Part shown: positions 30,608 through 40,411 of the stretch, piece after piece
Layout: each line of letters starts with the position of its first letter
How positions within the stretch are numbered: position 1 is the first letter of the stretch
Source: a phage
Reading direction: 5' to 3' (one strand)
DNA: 64,000 bases
Sequence record: PZ212788.1
Position numbers and translations under genes: made by a program
The notes under the pieces: generated by a model
Told to the model about the DNA's origin: nothing
The model's database searches: none
The model's input: the letters and a program-made list of their open reading frames with translations, nothing else

Positions 30608-30833
30608 TTAATCAGTCTCCGTCTAGAAAGCCGCACTATACGTTTTTGAGGTATACTTTACTTAAAGTCTTTATCACCTGCCACGATTGCATGAATCCAC
30701 TCATTGTGATGCTCAATAGCGGTGAGATGTAACATGATGTAGTGATCGTCATTGCCAAACATGATATGATAGGCTTTGGCAGCATTTTGATATAACTTCC
30801 ACATCAGGTAATGATATCTTCGCCTCATGGCTC

Positions 30834-31298
30834 TTACTCCGGTGCAGGATCTGGGTAATCTTCAATAATAAAGGGCCATCCGTTCCGCTTAGCCTCAGAC
30901 TTATACTCAATCTCCTTCATTGCAAACTCTAACTGATTCTTAGCCGGAATACATGCCGGAGAATCATCAATCCAGATATCTGGGTAGATATCAAACTGCG
31001 CCAGGTAGGCTGCCTTCTGAACACCACCTGTGTAGAACACACCAACATCGAGCTCCTTGCGCCAATACTCAATGTCTACATTGTCTTGAGTAATGAATCG
31101 GAAAGTCACAAGGTAGACTGTCCACCCCTCCTTCTTCAGATCCCTGATCAGGCGGGAGAAGATGAAAGGGCTCGCATTAAACGTTCCATCAAAGTCGATG
31201 GCAATGATGTGCGTGCCGTGGCGAGTCTCATATGGATTGCTCGTGGTAAGATTGCTGTAATTAAAAGGGACTTCTTCCCCGCAGTAGCTGTAGTCCAT
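30834..31298 (-). CDS. HAD-superfamily hydrolase (putative nucleotidase/phosphatase)
   Basis: IAIDFDGTF (HAD motif I DxDGT) and IWIDDSP (motif IV DD); start trimmed to ATG 31298. Confidence 0.5.
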   Translation of the reverse strand: MDYSYCGEEVPFNYSNLTTSNPYETRHGTHIIAIDFDGTFNASPFIFSRLIRDLKKEGWTVYLVTFRFITQDNVDIEYWRKELDVGVFYTGGVQKAAYLAQFDIYPDIWIDDSPACIPAKNQLEFAMKEIEYKSEAKRNGWPFIIEDYPDPAPE

Positions 31299-31300
31299 AT

Positions 31301-31576
31301 TCACACCTTCTCGTTGATAAATTTACGGGCGGTTTGGTGAGTTGTTTCTGCTGTCTTCAGAATGATATTAATTTTATCGTCAAGATCATTCATCTCGGCA
31401 GTTAATTCAGGAATCTCTCCGGCATGCATGGTGAAATCATACATAGACATGCCCAAGATCTCATTGATGCGGCGGTTGCATTCTGCAGCACGCTGGTTCA
31501 TTTTCCAAGCTAACACCAAAGCCTCCTGCGTAGCCTCTAGTGCAAAATCTAATACGTCGGCCTCTTCTTTCGTCAT
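31301..31576 (-). CDS. hypothetical protein
   Basis: 91 aa ORF with AGGAGA RBS. Confidence 0.4.
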   Translation of the reverse strand: MTKEEADVLDFALEATQEALVLAWKMNQRAAECNRRINEILGMSMYDFTMHAGEIPELTAEMNDLDDKINIILKTAETTHQTARKFINEKV

Positions 31577-31633
31577 CTTAGTCTCTCCTGTTGTATTGTT
31601 GGTAGGTGTATGAATACCTTATAACTCACCTTT

Positions 31634-32200
31634 TTATTCAAACTGCAATAGTAAGTCCACCACCGCGCTAGGTCTGTCAACAAATTCCCCAGGTCCACAT
31701 GCCCACAGAGGGTATCCGTCTACATACCGCCAAATCCAACCTGCAGTGTGGAGTTCGAGCAGGGCAGTACCGTCCTTACTGTCAACCACTCTTTCCCACA
31801 GTGTCGGGCAGCGAAGCTTGAGGATCGGATCCCCTCCCTTATACCCATCCATGTAGATACCCATTGCAAAGTTCAGCATCATCTTTTTGTGCACTGATCT
31901 TTTACTGAGGGTACTCATCACTTCCTCTTTGTGAATGTTTGTAAGCTTCTCCTTGGCTACCCGCAGATCGTTGCAACCATTGTTCAGCAGATCTTCCAGA
32001 CACTTGATCCGAAGGTCGTGAATGTCTTTGTCGTGTACCGTTGGCACAGGGTCGTAGCGGTATAGCACTGTTGATACAAGGTTGCTCGGGTGTGGGTCTG
32101 ACAGCAACCCATAACCCCAATACTCTTCTGTATCTGAAAGGACAAGACACCCAATGTCTCTGTCAAGCTTTCCTGTGTTGTAAGCCACATTGACCGCCAT
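31634..32200 (-). CDS. hypothetical protein
   Basis: 188 aa ORF with RBS; no motif recognised. Confidence 0.4.
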   Translation of the reverse strand: MAVNVAYNTGKLDRDIGCLVLSDTEEYWGYGLLSDPHPSNLVSTVLYRYDPVPTVHDKDIHDLRIKCLEDLLNNGCNDLRVAKEKLTNIHKEEVMSTLSKRSVHKKMMLNFAMGIYMDGYKGGDPILKLRCPTLWERVVDSKDGTALLELHTAGWIWRYVDGYPLWACGPGEFVDRPSAVVDLLLQFE

Positions 32201-32202
32201 GA

Positions 32203-32448
32203 CTATAGCTCCACTAGCAAAGTGCTTTCAAAGTGCCGTTCATGCAAACCGTTGTAAGGGACCACTTCTACAACGCCATCACGGACATATGGGGCCATCA
32301 TGGTGGTATAATCTCCAAACGGGTTGGTATTGTCACTAACCACAACCACCTTCTGCCCTTCCTTGGCAGAGTGCCAAATAGATCTGCACTTCATCAGGTG
32401 TTCGAGAGCTCCAGGTAAAATTTTGTTACGTTCTTTACGGGTCTTCAT
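32203..32448 (-). CDS. hypothetical protein
   Basis: 81 aa ORF with AAGGAG RBS. Confidence 0.4.
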   Translation of the reverse strand: MKTRKERNKILPGALEHLMKCRSIWHSAKEGQKVVVVSDNTNPFGDYTTMMAPYVRDGVVEVVPYNGLHERHFESTLLVEL

Positions 32449-32894
32449 AACAGATATAGCTCCTTATGAAAGTGGTCTTTTAATTTCTCACTGAGAAACT
32501 TCTTGATACCTTCCTCTAAAGTGTTTTCGATGTAGTCCAGCTTAACTGCTTCGATGGACATATCATAGATCGCCAGCTCTAAGCTGTCAAGTCCCATCAT
32601 AGCATGAACCATAAGATTTTCATCTTCAGATACATTCAGGGGGCTTCCTATAACATCTGGAGGCAGAATAGTTTCCCAATTATTCTGGGCGGTAGTTCTC
32701 CCTCCCTCTACTTTACGGCGCAGTTCGAATGTGTTCTTAGTGTAGAACACTTCATAAGAAACGATACGACTGTCGCTCTCGTAATAAACGAAGTTCAGGT
32801 AGGAGCCTAGCCGCAGTCGGCAAACTTCTACCCCAAACCATTGTTTCTTATAAGAATTCAGGCTAATGCTGTCGCATTCACGTTTGCTCAACAC
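32445..32894 (-). CDS. hypothetical protein
   Basis: 149 aa ORF, GTG start with AAGGAGAGA RBS. Confidence 0.4.
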   Translation of the reverse strand: MLSKRECDSISLNSYKKQWFGVEVCRLRLGSYLNFVYYESDSRIVSYEVFYTKNTFELRRKVEGGRTTAQNNWETILPPDVIGSPLNVSEDENLMVHAMMGLDSLELAIYDMSIEAVKLDYIENTLEEGIKKFLSEKLKDHFHKELYLL

Positions 32895-32910
32895 GGCTCT
32901 CTCCTTTTTG

Positions 32911-33147
32911 TTAATCTTCGTAAATCAGGATTTCTGCTTTAGGTTTTCGTGCTTTCATGTCCAGCTCTATCCAGTGCACCATAGCTGTTTCAAGAAAAAC
33001 AGCCTGGATGCATCCGTCCTCAGCAGCGTGTCCTAGCAGCATAACAAGATCTTCTCCTTCGTCATCTGCATCACGAACATACAGAATCTCCCCGGGTTCA
33101 AAATCTTTAACAACCTGATTGTTGGATAATTTACGAATTTTCGCCAT
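32911..33147 (-). CDS. hypothetical acidic protein
   Basis: 78 aa ORF with RBS. Confidence 0.4.
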   Translation of the reverse strand: MAKIRKLSNNQVVKDFEPGEILYVRDADDEGEDLVMLLGHAAEDGCIQAVFLETAMVHWIELDMKARKPKAEILIYED

Positions 33148-33148
33148 A

Positions 33149-33412
33149 TCAGAAACCCTCTAAAAAGCTCTTGTAGAAAACAATCTCAGTATCCACACCA
33201 GTCACAATCTTGTCGTTCCTGATTTCATCGGTAAGATAGGTGTCAAAACGCAGAACCTGTGTGGTGTTGTCACACATCCACTCAGCTGTGACCATTGCGA
33301 AAATCTTAGCATCTTCATTATCTGGTGTGAATGTTACCACCTCACCGCACTTAAACTTTTCGATAGGCTGAGTGTTAGCTTTCGGTTCTGCGATAGTGAT
33401 TTTTGTGGTCAT
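33149..33412 (-). CDS. hypothetical protein
   Basis: 87 aa ORF, coupled to upstream gene. Confidence 0.4.
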   Translation of the reverse strand: MTTKITIAEPKANTQPIEKFKCGEVVTFTPDNEDAKIFAMVTAEWMCDNTTQVLRFDTYLTDEIRNDKIVTGVDTEIVFYKSFLEGF

Positions 33413-33669
33413 TACTCTTCCTCCATAGTTTCACCAAATACTTCGATACGAGCATCGAGCTCGGTTGCTTTCAGCTCCCCAACAAAATCTTTTAGTTCTT
33501 TCTCGTCCAGATCGTAAGCCCACACACAAGAAGAACATGCAGATTTCACAATCAGTAGAGTAGATACACGACCTGACTCTGTGATCATGCTCACAATGGT
33601 CCCCACAGGGAACGTGTTGATAGCTTTTTTAACTGGGCGTTCAGCTTTAATTACTACCTCTGTTGCCAT
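33412..33669 (-). CDS. hypothetical protein
   Basis: Start trimmed to second ATG (MATEVV...) with better RBS spacing. Confidence 0.35.
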   Translation of the reverse strand: MATEVVIKAERPVKKAINTFPVGTIVSMITESGRVSTLLIVKSACSSCVWAYDLDEKELKDFVGELKATELDARIEVFGETMEEE

Positions 33670-33684
33670 AAATAACATCCTCTC

Positions 33685-35145
33685 TTACTTAGCGTACTCG
33701 ATTAATTCCACAGTTTTACCAAAGCTAGGGATATAATTTTTATTATACCCTTCGGTGAGAACCCATAAAGTATCGTACTTTTTCCACCTGTTGTCAACAG
33801 CCTTTTGTTCAAAGTTATGCTCAAAGTATAGGTCGGTCAGGACGATGACATCTTTTGCATTTGGTATGTTGGCATCCAGATACTCGAACACGCAAGCAGC
33901 TGTTGTGCCCCATGTTGAGTGGACCTCATAGTTGATCATCTCGTCTATGTTGCCGCGAGTATATACTTTAACCTCTCCGACTTCAGTTGACCAACAGAAC
34001 ATTGTAACCTTAAACTCTTTATACAGGTTGCACAATCCGGTGATTTCATTGAACATTTTCTTTAAAGTTCTTTGAGAGATCGAGCCAGAAACGTCTAAAG
34101 CCACCACAATATCTATAGTGTTTTCCGGATTACGACCCGGAACAATAACGTGTTGGTTCTTGTTTATAGCTCCAACTTTTCGCATTGTGCTGGTCAAAGA
34201 CCCAGATCGGCGACCAGGTTTTCTGTAGGTCAGTTCGGCCTTTCGTTTAGACAACATGCGTTGCTTGATGATGTCTATATAATTGATTACAGGCTTACCT
34301 CTGTTCTTGACAAACTCACGAACCGCCTCAGGGCAACGACCTCCGGAAGCTTGCATTGCTGCCTCCAGCATGTCACCAGAGTCCTGCATGGCCTGATCTT
34401 TATCAGATTGGCTGATTACAGGTTGTGGCTGATCATACCCCATAGCCTTTCCAAGATCATCACTAGTGCCACCGTTCCCACTCATGTGATCATCGGTTTG
34501 TCGCTTATCACCTTGAAAGTTCTCACCTTTACCGTTCTTACTTTTACCGTTATTTTGATCTCTTTGCTTATCAAGAACTGCATAAACGTTCTCAGCAATC
34601 CATCCATGAAACTTCATGTCGCAGTAGCAGCTGGCTAAGAAGCCAAAAGGCTTACCTTTTACGAACGTAGTGCTTTTCCCTTTTGGGAAGAAAACACAAG
34701 GAGGCTTGCTAAAGTCAACCACAAGGCCTGTGTTGATGACGTGATCACAAGCAATGTTGAACAGTTCCGGTTCAAAGCTTTTACCACGGACCAGGTGATC
34801 ACAGATAATATGCCCCACCTCATGTGACAGAAGAAAGGCCACCTCTTTCACAGATTTGGGGGAATAGAAAACCTCAGCCATCTCAAACTGCTCGTCAGTT
34901 AGAGAAGCCTTAAGAATAGCCTTGCGTTCATCAGCCAACCCCATAATGAACTCAGGACTGTAATAGATGCGTTTATGGTCGGTTGCCATGGTGGAGCACC
35001 ATGTGTGGTTTTCTACGAACTGCAACCCTGACAGTAGTGTGCCATAAAACGGCAGCTTTTCAAGGAGATACATACGTGCAGCCTGCAACATTCTCAGGGC
35101 ATCATCTTTCTGTGAGGCAATGATTTCTGAACTTCTGCTATCCAT
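33685..35145 (-). CDS. metallopeptidase-like (HExxH) plus von Willebrand factor A domain protein
   Basis: HEVGHIICDH zincin-type motif in N-terminal half; VVALDVSGSIS (MIDAS DxSxS) in C-terminal half; start trimmed to ATG 35145. Confidence 0.6.
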   Translation of the reverse strand: MDSRSSEIIASQKDDALRMLQAARMYLLEKLPFYGTLLSGLQFVENHTWCSTMATDHKRIYYSPEFIMGLADERKAILKASLTDEQFEMAEVFYSPKSVKEVAFLLSHEVGHIICDHLVRGKSFEPELFNIACDHVINTGLVVDFSKPPCVFFPKGKSTTFVKGKPFGFLASCYCDMKFHGWIAENVYAVLDKQRDQNNGKSKNGKGENFQGDKRQTDDHMSGNGGTSDDLGKAMGYDQPQPVISQSDKDQAMQDSGDMLEAAMQASGGRCPEAVREFVKNRGKPVINYIDIIKQRMLSKRKAELTYRKPGRRSGSLTSTMRKVGAINKNQHVIVPGRNPENTIDIVVALDVSGSISQRTLKKMFNEITGLCNLYKEFKVTMFCWSTEVGEVKVYTRGNIDEMINYEVHSTWGTTAACVFEYLDANIPNAKDVIVLTDLYFEHNFEQKAVDNRWKKYDTLWVLTEGYNKNYIPSFGKTVELIEYAK

Positions 35146-35178
35146 TAAAACTCCAGAAGGGGACAATGGCCCCTGTCA

Positions 35179-36156
35179 TTATTTAACGTGTTTGAAAATA
35201 CCTGCCAACTCGGTCATTGTCATGCGGGTGGTCTTCATAAGATCTGTCATAGCTTTCTCCATAATTGGAGATACTACCATAAAGTTTCCTTTAGTGAAAC
35301 CTTTATTCCAGTCGGTCACCAACAGTGGTTTAAGTCCAGCTCCGAGACGTTCACCAGTTAAAGCACAGCATTTGCGAATATACGAACTCTTAAATTGGCT
35401 GAACGACAGATCAACTTTCATACCTGCATCGTAGAACGTTTGACAATAGAAAGTGTAAGCCTTAGCAATCTCAACATCATCAGGCAGTGCAGGAACTTCT
35501 TCTGTAATATCCTCTTCGACCTCCTGAGGATCTTTTTCCTCTTCAGAGTTCTGTTCTTCAATTTCTTCTGTCACAGTCTCGTTTACGATGTCTGAAATGT
35601 GTTTGTTGGCTGCACGATCAGCCATGAAATTTTTAAAGTCCTGCATTGGTGACATATCTTCCTCCTCTTCGTCAAATAGTGCTAGTTTATCTTCTTCTGT
35701 CCCGTATTGCAAGATGAAATCTTCAAAAGTATAATCACCTTTCAATTTCTCCATACGCTCTTCGCTCAGGTGGAGCATCATCTGCTGGACAATTTTTCGA
35801 TCAGTTTTATCTTTTATCAAGATTGCAGTCTTTTTATCTACCAGACAGTCCTTCAGAGCGTTGCACCTCAATCCCACCACACAACAATTATCAATTGAGT
35901 AAGGACCTTCATCATCTATCCGCTCCAGAGATGGATAGAAAGGATTTCCCAGCCCGTTTTCATCTGTGTGCATGTCAAAAGGTATAAGGGTGTAATCGCA
36001 CACTCCATCTCCTAAAAGTTTTTTACCAAATAGGAGGTATTCTTCCCATGACAGGTTGAACTCTATATCCCGTTTCCGTGCATTATTCTGTTTGCGTCTA
36101 TATTTTTTGAGCAGGCGCTCTAACTCTTCTGGTGTATAATATTTTTCAAGATTCAT
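35179..36156 (-). CDS. HNH-like nuclease/DNA-binding domain protein
   Basis: N-terminal region ...SLERIDDEGPYSIDNCCVVGLRCNALK resembles HNH-type loops; acidic central linker; track start is TTG without RBS, trimmed to ATG 36156. Confidence 0.35.
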   Translation of the reverse strand: MNLEKYYTPEELERLLKKYRRKQNNARKRDIEFNLSWEEYLLFGKKLLGDGVCDYTLIPFDMHTDENGLGNPFYPSLERIDDEGPYSIDNCCVVGLRCNALKDCLVDKKTAILIKDKTDRKIVQQMMLHLSEERMEKLKGDYTFEDFILQYGTEEDKLALFDEEEEDMSPMQDFKNFMADRAANKHISDIVNETVTEEIEEQNSEEEKDPQEVEEDITEEVPALPDDVEIAKAYTFYCQTFYDAGMKVDLSFSQFKSSYIRKCCALTGERLGAGLKPLLVTDWNKGFTKGNFMVVSPIMEKAMTDLMKTTRMTMTELAGIFKHVK

Positions 36157-36187
36157 GAGTTGTCTCTTGTGCTCTGTAGGTGAAGAA

Positions 36188-36216
36188 ATCTTATCAAGTG
36201 CCTCAACAGATGTCAA
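36188..36216 (-). promoter_or_regulatory. leftward early promoter (TTGACA-17-TAAGAT on minus strand)
   Basis: Reverse complement of 36211-36216 is TTGACA; 17 bp spacer; TAAGAT; about 25 nt upstream of trimmed start 36156. Confidence 0.5.
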
Positions 36217-36229
36217 CCTCAAAAACGTG

Positions 36230-36258
36230 TTGACTTTACCCTAAATCCACGATATAGT
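36230..36258 (+). promoter_or_regulatory. rightward early promoter (TTGACT-17-TATAGT)
   Basis: -35 36230-36235, spacer 17, -10 36253-36258; 40 bp upstream of ATG 36299 with AGGAG RBS. Confidence 0.6.
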
Positions 36259-36298
36259 GCACCCATTCGAAAGAAAACGAACACAGGAGTACTTAATC

Positions 36299-37198
36299 AT
36301 GGCAAATCTTAACAGCTTTAGCACTCGGTGGAAACAAGATATCACAACCAATCTCTCAGCAGGCGATATCCTTTCTGCAATTTACGAGGCTTTGGATGAT
36401 AAAGCTACTTCAAAAGCGGTTTGTACCAACCCACTAATTCCTGTAGTGATGAAGGTTATTGAGCGTAGATTGGTATCCGGGTCTGATAAGTGGACATATT
36501 TAGATAATGAAGGACACACCTATTCCAATGGGTACGTCGATATAAAAGTAGAATACGCGGTATCATACCGCCGGAGCGGTTCTGTAACTTTCAACTTCTC
36601 TGGAGGTTTTCGATCTCTGGCTACCTCACCTTTTGTTTCCTCAGAGGAGAAGTATGAGCTTCCATTTCTTTGGATGATGGCTAACGCGACAGGAAAAACC
36701 CCCGTTAGCATCCGAGTAAAATACAACTACAACGGATCTAGTAAGATCTATGCCGAGAGTGTCTCAGCAAGTTTTTATTTTGTGATGGGGGATGGAATCC
36801 TCAAACATATAAAGATGTGCGATATGCATGATGTTATAAATGAAGTGACTGATAAGAATGTTCTGGTGAAGGATCTCAACAATTTTTATACACCCGGAGA
36901 CTATTACGTCAGCCGTCCACTGTGCATCTTTAATGCCGCACACCCTCTAGGTGAGTATTTGATCGCCAATAGCGATATTGCCAATAACCGCTTCGAGGTA
37001 GCAAGAGTACAGAATGAGGTATTGACATCTTGCAAGAGCGGTGATAAGTTTACCGAAGAAGAGATGGGTGTTTTAGAAATGATGGGATATAAGTGTAGCC
37101 TTTGGGTAGATGAGGTGTTTAATGATTGCATCTATGGACAGGATATTTACCCATTAAAGAAGTATACTGATTCCAGTTTAATTTACGCGGAGATTTGA
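36299..37198 (+). CDS. hypothetical early protein
   Basis: Start trimmed to ATG 36299 (AGGAG RBS); 300 aa, no motif recognised. Confidence 0.5.
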   Translation: MANLNSFSTRWKQDITTNLSAGDILSAIYEALDDKATSKAVCTNPLIPVVMKVIERRLVSGSDKWTYLDNEGHTYSNGYVDIKVEYAVSYRRSGSVTFNFSGGFRSLATSPFVSSEEKYELPFLWMMANATGKTPVSIRVKYNYNGSSKIYAESVSASFYFVMGDGILKHIKMCDMHDVINEVTDKNVLVKDLNNFYTPGDYYVSRPLCIFNAAHPLGEYLIANSDIANNRFEVARVQNEVLTSCKSGDKFTEEEMGVLEMMGYKCSLWVDEVFNDCIYGQDIYPLKKYTDSSLIYAEI

Positions 37199-37200
37199 CT

Positions 37201-37473
37201 ATGATGAAGTCATGTGGTAGTGTATATTATGTTGGTGAGAATGTTCAGGCAGATAGTGTGTGGAAATCCATTAAGTCCACCACCGATGATGCCTTTCTGA
37301 GCGGGTTATGCTTTCCCAGCCCAGGGGACACTCTCCCTTACCCTGGAGATTTTGTTGTCAACAAGATGGACGGTTATACCGTGTGCCTGATGGTTGAAAA
37401 AATCTTTTTAGACACTAGACACAATCACCGTCTTGTGTTAAAATTTCAAGAATGTAAAATGACAATTTCCTAA
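37201..37473 (+). CDS. hypothetical protein
   Basis: Start trimmed to ATG 37201. Confidence 0.4.
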   Translation: MMKSCGSVYYVGENVQADSVWKSIKSTTDDAFLSGLCFPSPGDTLPYPGDFVVNKMDGYTVCLMVEKIFLDTRHNHRLVLKFQECKMTIS

Positions 37474-37486
37474 GGAGACCTTGCCG

Positions 37487-37843
37487 ATGTCTAAAGTTAC
37501 TTATCGTGCAGCTATTTACTGCAATGAACACCCAATCTATAATGATGGTCACTGCCTTTTTAAAGAAAATCAATTGGGCTGTATTGTCCTACCTGATGAA
37601 GGGAAAGGTTATCTGATTGCATTGACAGGGTTCGAGCCTGAAGCTCTGGAAGCCAATCTGGACTATCTGGTAGAAGAGGGTGCTGCAGACCTGGTTTCCA
37701 ATGGCCTCGCCATAAGCCTTGACGAGGTGGAGCGCTTCATGGGCAATTACCGTGTAGTGCGTGAGTTTACTATCGAGGTGGAAACTCCAGAGTGGGGTAG
37801 CACTGAAACTAACGCCGAAGAAAAAGAAGAGGAGGCAGAATAA
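37487..37843 (+). CDS. hypothetical protein with acidic C-terminus
   Basis: Start trimmed to ATG 37487 (AAGGAG RBS). Confidence 0.45.
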   Translation: MSKVTYRAAIYCNEHPIYNDGHCLFKENQLGCIVLPDEGKGYLIALTGFEPEALEANLDYLVEEGAADLVSNGLAISLDEVERFMGNYRVVREFTIEVETPEWGSTETNAEEKEEEAE

Positions 37844-38100
37844 TGAAAGTGCAGATCTTGACTAATGCCGAGAAGATGTTTATTGAAGATACACCTTTTG
37901 AAGCTGGTGAGCTACAGTTCGTTTATTTTGTTGACTTAGATAAGGTGTTCCCTGCACTGAATCTGGGTCTGGATGAAGTCCCTCATAAAGTTTTGTGCCA
38001 AGTTGTTCGTGCCTTAGCGGCAGATGGGGATTTCCACACCCTTGAAGATATCCAGACCTACGGGTATCTTGAACTGCAACGAGAAGAAGAGGTGGACTGA
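37843..38100 (+). CDS. hypothetical protein
   Basis: 85 aa, translationally coupled. Confidence 0.4.
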   Translation: MKVQILTNAEKMFIEDTPFEAGELQFVYFVDLDKVFPALNLGLDEVPHKVLCQVVRALAADGDFHTLEDIQTYGYLELQREEEVD

Positions 38101-38102
38101 TA

Positions 38103-38483
38103 ATGGCCCGGTGGAAGACAACAGTTGACCTTCATGATCAGTGGTTAGGACGCATCGCTGAAGACGGGAAACTAGTAGAGTGGGACAATAAGCATGTTAG
38201 CGAGTTGGCAAGCATTGTGGCTGGCAAGTTACGCTCCAAGTTCCCTGAACAACTGGATCCTGATAATTCAAAGTTCGATCCTGAGTTGGAGGATGTTGTA
38301 TACTACTTCGATACCGTGGATGACTACGATGCGTGGCTTGCAGCACGGGAGCTTTACCCACAAGGCTCTGCTATGCGCCAGATGGAAGAAGATTATCCTC
38401 CGTGTGAGCAATTCAATAGCGCAATGACTTGCCTCTATGATTGGGCAGATAAGAACCTTGTCTGGATTCGGACTGCATTTTAG
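38103..38483 (+). CDS. hypothetical protein
   Basis: 126 aa ORF. Confidence 0.4.
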   Translation: MARWKTTVDLHDQWLGRIAEDGKLVEWDNKHVSELASIVAGKLRSKFPEQLDPDNSKFDPELEDVVYYFDTVDDYDAWLAARELYPQGSAMRQMEEDYPPCEQFNSAMTCLYDWADKNLVWIRTAF

Positions 38484-38527
38484 TGGGCAGGAATGGCGGC
38501 AAGGATGCCGCTTAAGGAGTAGTAGAG

Positions 38528-38797
38528 ATGTTATACCAGCAATATGAACTTCGTGCAGAAAAAGAGTTAAATTTTGACAAAGATATTCACAGATATTATT
38601 ATGGGAAAGTTAGAGGGCAAGCAAGAAAGTGTACTCCAACACTCTTTTATGCCAGCAGACGACTAGCGCCAGAAGAGGCAACAGCAGAAAGGGTTGCGTA
38701 CAACTGGAGAGTCACGTATGATATTGACAGATTCGATGTGATATCTGTTTTGGAAAACTTTGAAAACACTTACACACAAGTAGAGGACTTTTACTAA
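38528..38797 (+). CDS. hypothetical protein
   Basis: 89 aa ORF with GGAG RBS. Confidence 0.4.
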   Translation: MLYQQYELRAEKELNFDKDIHRYYYGKVRGQARKCTPTLFYASRRLAPEEATAERVAYNWRVTYDIDRFDVISVLENFENTYTQVEDFY

Positions 38798-39981
38798 TGT
38801 CAAGAAACGTATTCGAAAGTGGTCAAATCACTGTCCGTGAGTTGCCAGCTATTATTCAGTTTGCCCAACGTCATAGCCGATCTGTCCTAATTTTGGGACC
38901 AATGGGTGTGGGTAAAAGCCAGGTGATGAAGCAGATCGCTGATAATATGTTCGGTGAGCGAGATGACAACCTTGTTGACGTGCGACTGTCAGATAAAGAT
39001 CCTGCCGACTTATCTGGGCTACCTATCCCTGTAGAAGCGGATGGAACTACACGTACAGTGTTTGCAATTCCAGAATTTTGGCCTGCGGATCCTGACTGGA
39101 GCGGAATTATCTTTCTGGATGAGCTCACTCATGCAGATAACTACCTGCAAAAGGTTGCAATGCAAATTATGCTTGACCACAAGTGCGGCACCTATGCATT
39201 CCCTAAGGGTTCTGTTTTTGTGGCTGCGGGTAACCGTTCTACAGATGGTGCGGTTCTTTCGGCGCTCGAAGCCCCTCTGGCTAACCGTTTTATCATTGTA
39301 GAGGTTACAAGCAATGCAGAGGTGTTTATTGAGGACTACGCATTCCTCAACGGGGTTCACTCCTCTGTAATTGGGTATCTGAAAAGAGTTCCATCAGCTA
39401 TTGATAATTATGAGGCTATGGCTGAGATTAATTGTCCATCTTTTGCCACACCACGATCTTGGGTTGCTGCATCTGACATCTTGCACGATTTTGACAGCGG
39501 TATTATTTCTGACGCTATGGCCCGTGTTCTTCTGCAAGGTGCTATTGGTCACACTGCAGCGGTAGAGATCTGGACATACCACACCAAGAAACGCAATTTA
39601 CCGGAAATCGGTCGGATTATGGCAGGTGGCTGCAAAGAATACGTAGGTCCTAAGCAGCCAGACATTTTGTGGATTCTTGGATCTGAAGGTTGTATCGCTA
39701 TTCGTAATATGATGGAAAATGCAAGTATCTCAGACGAAGATCTTGTCAGCTGTGTGGCAAACTTCCTCGATTTCCTTTGGGAAAACTTCAAGGACGAGAA
39801 CCGAGATTTTGTATTCTCAGTCTTTATGGCGATGATGAAACCTAATGCCTTAGGAAATGCCTTGCTTATCGGTAAAGGGCGTGACAAGATTGTTGCTCAG
39901 CTGATCAAAGCATACCCAAACCTGATGAAGATTGTAAAAGAGTTTGGTGAAGAGTTTAGCGCCATTTTGGCTAAAGCTTAA
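38797..39981 (+). CDS. AAA+ ATPase, MoxR/AAA_5-like
   Basis: Walker A LILGPMGVGKSQ; Walker B IIFLDELTHA; 394 aa. Confidence 0.7.
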   Translation: MSRNVFESGQITVRELPAIIQFAQRHSRSVLILGPMGVGKSQVMKQIADNMFGERDDNLVDVRLSDKDPADLSGLPIPVEADGTTRTVFAIPEFWPADPDWSGIIFLDELTHADNYLQKVAMQIMLDHKCGTYAFPKGSVFVAAGNRSTDGAVLSALEAPLANRFIIVEVTSNAEVFIEDYAFLNGVHSSVIGYLKRVPSAIDNYEAMAEINCPSFATPRSWVAASDILHDFDSGIISDAMARVLLQGAIGHTAAVEIWTYHTKKRNLPEIGRIMAGGCKEYVGPKQPDILWILGSEGCIAIRNMMENASISDEDLVSCVANFLDFLWENFKDENRDFVFSVFMAMMKPNALGNALLIGKGRDKIVAQLIKAYPNLMKIVKEFGEEFSAILAKA

Positions 39982-39991
39982 GGGGGGTTGT

Positions 39992-40372
39992 ATGGCTAAA
40001 GTAGGTAAGCGGGGAAACTACCTGGTGGTATTGACCGAGGAGCCGGAGAAGGAGTACGAATGCAGCTCCACTTGCGTGATCGATATCCGAGAAAAAGATG
40101 TAGATGAAATCTGGTTTAAAATATTGGACGCTTGCGATAGCAGTGATTATTTCTTCATTTATGTCAACGATAAGGCTGGATTCTTCCATGACGACGGAGA
40201 GTTGCCGTATGAAATCTATGAACTTGTAGAGGCTTGCCATCGTGGAGATGCGGAGTTGTTTGGCCTACGGCTGAAAAGCGGTAAATTCTTCTATCAAGAT
40301 GAGTGCATGAATCTTCATAACTTTGTAGAGGGAACTTGCAACGATGGAGAGATTTTGGCACACTACGATTAA
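39992..40372 (+). CDS. hypothetical protein
   Basis: Start trimmed to ATG 39992 after GGGGGG RBS-like run. Confidence 0.4.
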   Translation: MAKVGKRGNYLVVLTEEPEKEYECSSTCVIDIREKDVDEIWFKILDACDSSDYFFIYVNDKAGFFHDDGELPYEIYELVEACHRGDAELFGLRLKSGKFFYQDECMNLHNFVEGTCNDGEILAHYD

Positions 40373-40383
40373 TTTCTAAGACC

Positions 40384-40411
40384 TCCCCCGCTTCGGCGGG
40401 GATTTTCTATT
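40384..40411 (+). terminator. rho-independent terminator (TTCG-loop family)
   Basis: ccccgc-ttcg-gcgggg followed by attttctattt. Confidence 0.65.
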
